A stretch of DNA of 64,000 bases. It comes from Gammaproteobacteria bacterium (GTDB lineage Bacteria > Pseudomonadota > Gammaproteobacteria > Eutrophobiales > Eutrophobiaceae). Numbering within the stretch: the stretch's first letter is position 1; every line of letters starts with the position of its first letter. A model generated the notes under the pieces. The model had not been told where the DNA came from. It saw only the letters and a list, made by a program, of their open reading frames with translations, and did not search any database. Of the stretch, positions 56,425 through 64,000 are shown piece after piece. Position numbers and translations under genes: made by a program. The DNA lies in NCBI GenBank assembly GCA_965238225.1, contig OZ250183.1, forward strand, positions 320,001-384,000. The letters are read 5' to 3'.

Positions 56425-56474
56425 TTTTCTGAGTAAATTAGTCAACTATATAGTTGATAGATTTAGTCGGGATT
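56425..56474 (-). promoter_or_regulatory. Tandem type-1 IscR binding sites (autorepression)
   Basis: Minus strand AATCCCGACTAAATCTATCAACTAT followed by ATAGTTGACTAATTTACTCAGAAAA: two adjacent 25-mers matching the ATASYYGACTRWWWYAGTCRRSTAT consensus upstream of iscR. Confidence 0.85.
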
Positions 56475-56689
56475 TTAAAAAAAATGATTTTGTAGGTCTA
56501 TTCCCAAGATTTTAAATCTTTCTGGGGACACGTTTTGAGACATAGATTTTGTCTTTATCTTAAAAGTCTACCTTCCCCGCTAATTTGCGACTAAAAAATC
56601 TTTGGATAGATATATAATAAACTCTTAACTTCAAGGTTTATAATGAACCATGATTGGCGTTAAATGCGATATTTAAGAATAAATAAAAA

Positions 56690-57613
56690 ATGATAAATGA
56701 AGAAGACTATTGTTATATCCCTCAACACCCTGTGTCATCCAATGACCCAGGGTATATGTTTCCGTTGTTTAAATTTATGCAACAAAAACATGCAAATAAG
56801 ATGTTATCCGAAGGTGAAATTTATATTCCAAATTTATATTCATTTTCCAACAGTAATATTCATTCAGGATTGACATATGATAATAAAGAATCGAAAGATC
56901 GTTCGGATGTTTTAGTTTATTGCACATCAGGATTATTGTTTTCCGATTCTTTGTCTTGGGCAATAGAAGACAAAAAAGAAACATGCGTTATGATTACTGA
57001 CAGCAATAAATTTAGAGATTTAATAGAAAAGGAAGTAAATAAAAGTGAATATGATATTTTAGGTTTTAGATCATGTGTTTATGTGGGGGAGAACTTTAGA
57101 CCCTGGAACAATCCTCGACGCAGGTATTTTATGAAAGAAAAAATATTTAGAGAACAACGAGAAGTAAGATTGGTCATGGTGCCAAAAGAAAAAATACCTG
57201 TTGGTTCGGAAATTGAACCTTTAAAGATTAAAATACCAGAAGTTACTGAATATTTAATTGAAATAAAAATAGACAAAGTAGTCCCAGAAATTTTACGAGG
57301 CAAAAAAACAGGCACAATCACCTCTAAAATTCACAGAAAAGATGGTATTTCTGGATCAGAATTTACAATAGAAAAACCTTTTGGCGTGTACTCTCCAGCT
57401 ATTCTTTGTCATTTTGAGCCAGAACCTTCGTTGGGATTTTCAGATCGTAAAAATAATAGTCCCTATGTAGGGGCTAATATTACTTCGGGTGATAGTGATG
57501 CGAGAAAACCTGTCTTGGTAGCATCGATGGATGGGTTTGGTGTGTTTGTTTGTCCTACTCCTGTGAATAGTATTGAAAATATTGAAATAATATGTGAAAA
57601 CTCAGAACGCTAA
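56690..57613 (+). CDS. Hypothetical protein (AT-rich, probably horizontally acquired)
   Basis: 307-aa ORF; contains VYCTS...SCVY...YFMKEKIFREQREVRL, reminiscent of DUF2971-like proteins. Confidence 0.7.
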   Translation: MINEEDYCYIPQHPVSSNDPGYMFPLFKFMQQKHANKMLSEGEIYIPNLYSFSNSNIHSGLTYDNKESKDRSDVLVYCTSGLLFSDSLSWAIEDKKETCVMITDSNKFRDLIEKEVNKSEYDILGFRSCVYVGENFRPWNNPRRRYFMKEKIFREQREVRLVMVPKEKIPVGSEIEPLKIKIPEVTEYLIEIKIDKVVPEILRGKKTGTITSKIHRKDGISGSEFTIEKPFGVYSPAILCHFEPEPSLGFSDRKNNSPYVGANITSGDSDARKPVLVASMDGFGVFVCPTPVNSIENIEIICENSER

Positions 57614-57755
57614 ACCAAGCGAAGCTTGATTTAGAGAGAATTATTAATTTAGATTTAGTTGTCACATACCGCATGATTATATGGATTTTTTGAGAAGAAT
57701 TGAGGTTTATCGCGTAATCACTATAATTTTTTAAGGGATACACTTATAAAAGAAA

Positions 57756-57839
57756 ATGACAACACAGCTGCCGTATAAGCATCTAGATTTTGAACCAATT
57801 ATTAACACTTTTTGCGTGTTCAGTTAGACTTTGACTCAT
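57756..57839 (-). pseudogene. trxB: 5' remnant of thioredoxin reductase
   Basis: Minus strand gives MSQSLTEHA / KVLIIGS / AYTAAV across frameshifts, matching the TrxB N-terminus (KVLIIGSGPAGYTAAVY); truncated after about 28 codons. Confidence 0.6.
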
Positions 57840-57863
57840 ACAGAATCTATCTTCTAAGGGTTA

Positions 57864-58817
57864 ATGAAAAAATTAAGAGGGTTGTTATTGACCGAAGGAA
57901 TGCATGGCATGATTAGTCAGGTTGAAGGTTTAGCCAAGGCTCTAGACTTAAAATTTATACATGAGAAAATTGAACTTAATAGTTTTTGGAAGTTATTACC
58001 ACCAAAAATAACTCCAGTAAAAGATTGTGTTTTTAAAAATACAATTGATTATGATTTTGATGTTGTTATTTCATGTGGAAGAAAAAGTGTAATCCCATCA
58101 ATTTATTTTAAACAAAAATTTAAAAATAAAATTCTAAGTATTCATATTCAAGATCCCAAAGTATCATTAAATAATTTTGATTTTCTAGTTGTACCTGAAC
58201 ATGATGGTCTGACAGGTAAGAATGTTTTAACCAGCAAAGGTGCAATTCATTCTTTAACAAATGATGAATTAGACAAAAATGAAAATTATTTAAAATCTAG
58301 AATAGATACTCAAAAAAAGATATTGGCATTTATCATTGGGGGTCCAAATAAATATTATAACTATGACAGTAAAATAATTGATGAAGTATTCTCAAAAATT
58401 AACAATAATTTTTTACAAAAAAATTACCAAGCAATCGTTGTGCCCTCAATGAGAACACCTAAAAATATTATTCAGAAAGCACAAAATTATTTTGGTAAAA
58501 ATCAAATCATAATTCCAGATGTTGATAAAAAGTCTTATTTATCATCTTTAAAGTTAGCAGATCATATAGTTGTAACATGTGACTCTACATCAATGATTTC
58601 CGAAGCAGCAATTACTGGTAAGCCTATTTATGTTGCTCAAATGCCTGCAATTAAAAGCAATGAAAGGTTTAAAGAATTTTTTAATTTATTTGAGTCACTA
58701 AATATAACTAAAAACCTTGATACATATATTGAAAGCTGGGATTATAAAAAATTGGATGAAACCAATAGAATATCAAGCTATATAAAAGATAAAATAAATA
58801 ATTATGACTTTTCTTAA
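57864..58817 (+). CDS. ELM1/GtrOC1-family protein (putative glycosyltransferase-like)
   Basis: GMISQVEGLAKAL, ISCGRKS, HIQDPK, VPEHD, IGG, SMRTP, VTCDSTSMISEAAITGKP. Confidence 0.9.
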   Translation: MKKLRGLLLTEGMHGMISQVEGLAKALDLKFIHEKIELNSFWKLLPPKITPVKDCVFKNTIDYDFDVVISCGRKSVIPSIYFKQKFKNKILSIHIQDPKVSLNNFDFLVVPEHDGLTGKNVLTSKGAIHSLTNDELDKNENYLKSRIDTQKKILAFIIGGPNKYYNYDSKIIDEVFSKINNNFLQKNYQAIVVPSMRTPKNIIQKAQNYFGKNQIIIPDVDKKSYLSSLKLADHIVVTCDSTSMISEAAITGKPIYVAQMPAIKSNERFKEFFNLFESLNITKNLDTYIESWDYKKLDETNRISSYIKDKINNYDFS

Positions 58818-59466
58818 TTCAATATTAAATAATACTAAAGAATACAAAGATCCATTTAAACATTGGGAATTGAATGAACCATTGTCCAATGAGGCAATTC
58901 AAGAAATTATAAAATCTGACATTATAAATGTTGCTGATCATAATTTAAATTATGATGGAACAAGAGCAATAGATGGAGGGGCGCCTGAGTTTAGAGAAGG
59001 TATTGCATCTGGTGGAAAAGCTTTAAAATTTAGATGTTTTGTTGTAAAAGATAATGCCGAACAGTTTCCAGGATTGGTCAAATTGATCAATGAACTTCGA
59101 TCAAAAAAAACTTATGAAAAAATATCACAACTTATTCATAAAGATTTATCAAATTCATATGTAAGAGTTGAGGTTATATGTGATAGAAAGGGTTTCTGGT
59201 TAAAACCGCACTGCGATATTAAAGAGAAGTTAGTATCTTGTCTTTTATTTGTTAACGAATTTAATGAGTCTGAGGAATTAGGTACGGATTTTTATAATGA
59301 AAGATTAGAAAAAGTTAAAACTATTCCTTACAAAAACAATTATGGTTATCTATTCACTAGCGGACCAAATACTTGGCATGGAATGGAAAAGAAAGAAATA
59401 GTTAAAGAAAGACGTTGTTTGCAAATAAACTATGTTTCGTTCCCAACTGATTGGAAAGTCAAATAA
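58804..59466 (+). CDS. 2OG-Fe(II) oxygenase family protein
   Basis: HxD motif (LKPHCD), distal His (TWHG) and RxxxQxNY; overlaps the ELM1 gene stop. Confidence 0.82.
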   Translation: MTFLNSILNNTKEYKDPFKHWELNEPLSNEAIQEIIKSDIINVADHNLNYDGTRAIDGGAPEFREGIASGGKALKFRCFVVKDNAEQFPGLVKLINELRSKKTYEKISQLIHKDLSNSYVRVEVICDRKGFWLKPHCDIKEKLVSCLLFVNEFNESEELGTDFYNERLEKVKTIPYKNNYGYLFTSGPNTWHGMEKKEIVKERRCLQINYVSFPTDWKVK

Positions 59467-59579
59467 TTTTGAATATCATGAAAATAAGTTACTGTTATTT
59501 CTTTAAAATAAATGTTCCTAGAAATAATTTTTACGTAACGCCCCACAATAATATTTCCTAAATAATATTTTTTTTGGAG

Positions 59580-60012
59580 TTCCTCGCGGGTCTCGTTTAT
59601 CAATATCTTTTATTAAGGCACCGAAATTTAGATGGCGAATTAAATTTATCGGTTCTCATGTACCGATTGTAATATGCAGTGTTGATGAAAATAAATTTTT
59701 TAGAATTGAGTTACCAATAAAGACCGAACAACGAGGTTTGTTTTATGTAGGTCGTATCAAAATATTTACTACCTTTCCTTTAGGTTTGTTCAAAGCATGG
59801 TCATACATAGACATAAATAAACCCTGCCTAGTGTACCCCAGCCCAGCAGGCCAAGATTATTTTCCACCACTTAAATTAATCAATGCTATCGGTATTCAAG
59901 GTAATGCTTCTGGAACAGATGATTTTATTGGTTTTAGAAATTATCTGTCAAGTGACTCAACCAAAGATATTGCCTAGAAGATCTATGCTCAGAAAAAAGG
60001 TTTGTTTATAAC
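59580..60012 (+). pseudogene. DUF58 protein remnant
   Basis: RGLFYVGRIKIFTTFPLGLFKAWS...LVYPSP...DDFIGFRNY..SDS..DIA*K, where TAG replaces the conserved Trp; 5' part missing. Confidence 0.75.
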
Positions 60013-60400
60013 CCAGCGGGTAATTAATTATAGGCCAAAACGACAAAAAGAATTTCTTGGTCAATTTGGATTACAGGATATAAACTGGAGCAGCATGATT
60101 TTTCTCATTGTGGTATTTACTGGCATGATACTTATTTGTATGACATTCACACTATTGCGGACGGTGCCTCAAGATAGAGATCAAGTTAAGCGCCCATACA
60201 ATAAATTTTGCAAAAAAATTATCACATTGTGGAATCTATCATGATGTATACGAAGACCCAGTCGATTTTGCCAGACGGGCTTCACTAGAAAGAAACGATC
60301 TTGATACACAAATAAATAACATTACAGATATCTATGTTGCGGTAAGATATGGCTCTAATATGAAGCAAGATGGATATCTTGCGAAAAAATAAGAGCATTC
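60013..60400 (+). pseudogene. C-terminal remnant of a TgpA-like transglutaminase protein (DUF3488/DUF4129)
   Basis: RVINYRPKRQKEFLGQFGL, a TM helix, YNKFCKK, then in another frame EDPVDFARRA...IYVAVRYG; the transglutaminase core is deleted. Confidence 0.65.
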
Positions 60401-60473
60401 AAAACTTATATGCTCGTACGCTTTTTAAAATATTCTCCTGAGTTGTATTGCTCTCAATAATCTATTGTTTATT

Positions 60474-62221
60474 TTATGTATTAAATTGTAGTTGGTGCAA
60501 CTTGGCATAAAATTTATTCTTTCTAAGCAATTCATTGTGTGTGCCAATCTCAACAATCGTACCATTATCAATCACAATAATACGATCTGCATTTTCTATG
60601 GTTGATAGTCGATGGGCAATGAGTAGACATGTTTTGTCTTCTTTAATTTCTTTCATTGCTAACTGAATTTGTCTTTCCGAATGTGTATCTAGAGAAGAGG
60701 TTGCTTCATCCATAATCAATATTGGCGCATCTTTAAGAAGCGCCCTTGCAATAGCTAATCTTTGACGTTGGCCACCGGATAATTTCAGGCCTTTTTCACC
60801 AATAATGGTATCAAAACCATCTTCAAGTTTTTCAATGAACTCTAATGCATGAGCTGCGCGTGCTGCCGCTATAATTGATTCTTCACTGTAAGAATTCAAA
60901 CTTCCATAAGCAATATTATTCCTAACAGTGTCATTAAACAAAATAATTTCCTGACTAACTAGAGCTATATTTTTGCGTAATGAATGTAATGAAATGTCCT
61001 GAATTTCCTTCCCATCCAACAATATTCCCCCTCTAATACTGTATAAAACATAGGAATCATGTTTGCTAAAGTTGATTTACCACTACCAGATGCACCAACT
61101 AGCGCAACGATCTCGCCTGGTTTAATGTGTATGGAAATATTATTTAATGATTTCTCCTTACTGTTTTGGTAACTAAAATTTACATTACAGAATTCTATTT
61201 CACCTTTAACTCTTTCTAGAATTTGTTTTCTGCCTGTATCAGACTCAACAGGTTGCTCCAGAAAGGCAAAAATACTTTCACAGGCAGCTAGTCCTTTTTG
61301 CAGATGTTCGTTCACTCCAGATAAACGTTTGAGCGGACTTAACAACATAGCCATGGCCGCAAAGAACGAAGTAAATTCTCCTACTCTAATTTCATTTGCT
61401 GATGCTTTTTGAATAGCAATATAAATGATTGTAGCCATAGCAATGGATGTGATCATTTGAATCACAGGACTACTTGCAGCAGCAGCTGCTGCAAATTTCA
61501 TTGAATACATACGATTAGCATTAACGACTTTCTTAAAACGATTACTTTCTTGTTCTTCGCCGTTATACAGCTTAACTAACTTCTGCCCATTGATACATTC
61601 ACCTAGCACATGGTTTATGTCTGCCATGGAATCTTGAGATTTAAGACTCATTTTTCTGAGTTGTTTACGGATAATTAAGATCATAGAGACAATAAAAGGT
61701 GTGCTTATCATCGCAATCAATGTCATTTCCCAATCGAGATAGAACATCCAGGCTAAAAGCCCAACAATAGCCAGAGAATCACGCACAAGAATCATAATTA
61801 TACTGGTTGCCGCTTCTTTAATTTGAATGACATCATAGGTAAATTTTGATAATAGGTTTCCTGATGAGTATTTATCGTAATAGCTGCTGGGTAATGATAA
61901 TAATCTGATAAACATTTTTTGCCTCAGATCCATCACCACTTGATTCGCGACCCACTGCAGGGCAACATCATTGGTGTAAGTTGCAAGCCCTCTCATTGCA
62001 AATAACACAATAAATAGAATAGGTATCCATTTTATAGTTACCGGATCTTTGTCAACGAAGGCTCCATCCAGCATAGGCTGGATCAGGATGGGAATGGCAG
62101 GATCAGATATTGCCAAAATCAGCATGCTGACGATGGATATAGAAAAGGTGCGCCAGTAAGGCAATACATAAAGCAATAATTGCTTGTACAGACGAGCATC
62201 ATTATCAGTGATTAGCATCAA
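60474..62221 (-). CDS. msbA: MsbA-like lipid A/ABC exporter split by a single frameshift near 61025 (pseudogene or sequencing error)
   Basis: TM domain and Walker [10 protein letters not shown] in one frame; [14 protein letters not shown] and IAHRLST in another; adding one A at gag ggg gaa (a)ta ttg rejoins EGEILLDG. Confidence 0.85.
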
Positions 62222-62468
62222 TTTTTTCTCTTAAACATCCATAGGTCTAAATAATGAGTCCATTGTAGAAAGCTCATTATAGAAAGCATAGTATAACCAA
62301 ACTACATTGGAAATGCAGGGCTTAGAGTTCAAGCAAAAGTTAAAAATCCTGTCACGAGCCACACAGCACGCATGTGGTACTTGATGGTGTGATTTATGTA
62401 GATGCCTTACTGGGTTATAATACAATAACTAAAACAAAGAATATCTAAACTAGAGGGAATCACAGCAC

Positions 62469-63125
62469 GTGCGCACAATATTAATTCTTAACCCAAAAGG
62501 AGGTTGTGGAAAAAGTACAATAGCAACAAATATTGCTGGTTACTTCGCAATACAAGGAAAGAATGTTGCACTTGCTGATTGTGATCCGCAATATTCCAGT
62601 AATGACTGGCTAAGCGTGCGGCCTTTGCATCTTCCTAGAATTAATCATGTGCCCGTGAAAAAAAGCAAACTCCATGTGCCCTATGACACAGAAATACTCA
62701 TACTGGATACACCAGCAAGTATGCACGACCAAAAGATGTCTAAAATTATCAATGCGGCACAAACAATGATTATTCCCGTGCTACCTTCTCCTGTGGATAT
62801 GCGCGCCGCAGAAAGGTTTATAAAAAATCTAATTAAACTAAGAAAGAAAACTGCTAATAATAAAATTAAAATTGCAACCGTTGCTAACAGGGTTAGCGAA
62901 AGAACAATAATTTCAACGAAGCTTGGAAGCTATCTAGAAAAAATAAAACTACCAAACGGAAAAAGAATCCCGTTCATGACTTTACTGCGTGCCAGCCAAA
63001 ATTATGTGCATGCTTCTGAAAAAGGGATGACAATATTCGAGATGATGCCTTCTAAAACTCATATCGATCGCGAACAGTGGCAACCTTTAATAAGATGGCT
63101 AACTAGTAAAAAAAGCCTGCCGTAA
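62469..63125 (+). CDS. ParA-family ATPase (orphan)
   Basis: NPKGGCGKST, ADCDPQ, LDTPA, PVLPSPVD; no parB adjacent. Confidence 0.88.
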   Translation: MRTILILNPKGGCGKSTIATNIAGYFAIQGKNVALADCDPQYSSNDWLSVRPLHLPRINHVPVKKSKLHVPYDTEILILDTPASMHDQKMSKIINAAQTMIIPVLPSPVDMRAAERFIKNLIKLRKKTANNKIKIATVANRVSERTIISTKLGSYLEKIKLPNGKRIPFMTLLRASQNYVHASEKGMTIFEMMPSKTHIDREQWQPLIRWLTSKKSLP

Positions 63126-63181
63126 ATTTATTAAAAATATCTTTTGCTTACATCAAACAAAGATTATATTTGTTGAATATC

Positions 63182-64000
63182 ATGTCATTCAAAATTACTA
63201 TTGGTTCAAGCGAGGAGTCATTTCCAACATGCAATGAAGAAACCATTTTAGAATCAGCGCTCAAAAATGGTTATGGCTTCCCTTACGGTTGTCGAAATGG
63301 TGATTGCGGAGCCTGTAAAGGAAAATTAATCGAAGGTAATATCAGTTATAAAAATGAAGTGTCAGGTATTTCTAACAAGGAAATCGAAGAAGGTTATGCA
63401 CTTTTTTGCCAAGCCGTCCCAGAATCTGATGTTATTATAGAAGCAAAGGAGGTTAGTAAAGTCAGTGATGTTACTATTCGCAAACTGCCTTGTCGTGTTG
63501 TAGATATTAAGCAACTGAATCATGATGTTATCCGTCTTTTTTTAAAATTACCGAAGAACGAACATCTACAATTTCTCGCTGGACAATACATAGACTTATT
63601 ATTATGCGAAGGGGAAAGACGATCATTTTCATTGGCCAACGCGCCACATAATAATGATTACTTGGAATTACATGTCCGTCATTATGATGGTGGTGTATTT
63701 TCGGAATACGCCTTTCGAGAATTAAAAGAAAACACATTATTAAGATTTGAAGGGCCGCTAGGGACTTTTTTCCTCAGGGAATATTCAGAACGACCTATGA
63801 TTATGGTTGCAGGTGGAACTGGTTTCGCTCCCATCAAAGGCATTATCGAACATGCATTATATCTGGGCGATAAACGCCCGATTCATTTCTACTGGGGGGC
63901 GCGCAAAGAAGAAGATCTCTATCTAAATCAGCTTGTCCAAATTTGGATAGAAGAACACGACCATATAAGATATATCCCGGTACTTTCTGAAACAGACAAA
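63182..64000 (+). CDS. 2Fe-2S ferredoxin-FAD/NAD oxidoreductase (CDP-6-deoxy-delta-3,4-glucoseen reductase family), runs off the window
   Basis: Manual translation MSFKITIG...PYGCRNGDCGACKG...CQA...FLAGQYID...RSFSLAN...GPLGTF...AGGTGFAP; open to the window end. Confidence 0.88.
   Translation, partial: MSFKITIGSSEESFPTCNEETILESALKNGYGFPYGCRNGDCGACKGKLIEGNISYKNEVSGISNKEIEEGYALFCQAVPESDVIIEAKEVSKVSDVTIRKLPCRVVDIKQLNHDVIRLFLKLPKNEHLQFLAGQYIDLLLCEGERRSFSLANAPHNNDYLELHVRHYDGGVFSEYAFRELKENTLLRFEGPLGTFFLREYSERPMIMVAGGTGFAPIKGIIEHALYLGDKRPIHFYWGARKEEDLYLNQLVQIWIEEHDHIRYIPVLSETDK

Noticed and set aside
62469-63125. ParA as evidence of a plasmid or prophage partition system
   Set aside because: No parB, parS, rep or phage genes nearby; chromosomal orphan ParA-like ATPases are common.

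Overview
AT-rich gammaproteobacterial chromosome segment, mostly housekeeping operons: PPi-type Pfk, mutM, a Gld-like ABC exporter, rpmBG, coaBC-dut-algC-argB-slmA, trpEGDC-gph-rpe, queG, bcp-dapA-bamC, ndk-rlmN-pilW-rodZ-hisS-yfgM-bamB-der and an IscR-led suf operon. The left end is a type I restriction-modification locus (hsdS 3' end, Fic gene, hsdR) with a 70-bp tandem array of imperfect palindromes upstream of the Fic gene. Manual translation of the intergenic gaps shows many gene remnants that the ORF track misses or leaves unnamed: a soxY-soxZ deletion fusion, an EcoRV-type endonuclease tail before an intact M.EcoRV-like methyltransferase, a ModE-like regulator, a DksA/TraR zinc finger, gcvR and DUF58/transglutaminase. 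pyrE is possibly present as a remnant, and ispG is missing from its usual position. This pattern suggests genome erosion, as in a host-associated lineage (inference). Near 56.5-59.5 kb lies a very AT-rich island with an ELM1/GtrOC1-family gene, a 2OG-Fe(II) oxygenase and a truncated divergent trxB 5' end, which looks like a piece of an alphaproteobacterial (SAR11-like) chromosome. No rRNA, tRNA, CRISPR array, integrase or transposase was recognised. Family assignments come from motif recognition and recalled family sequences only; no database searches were run.
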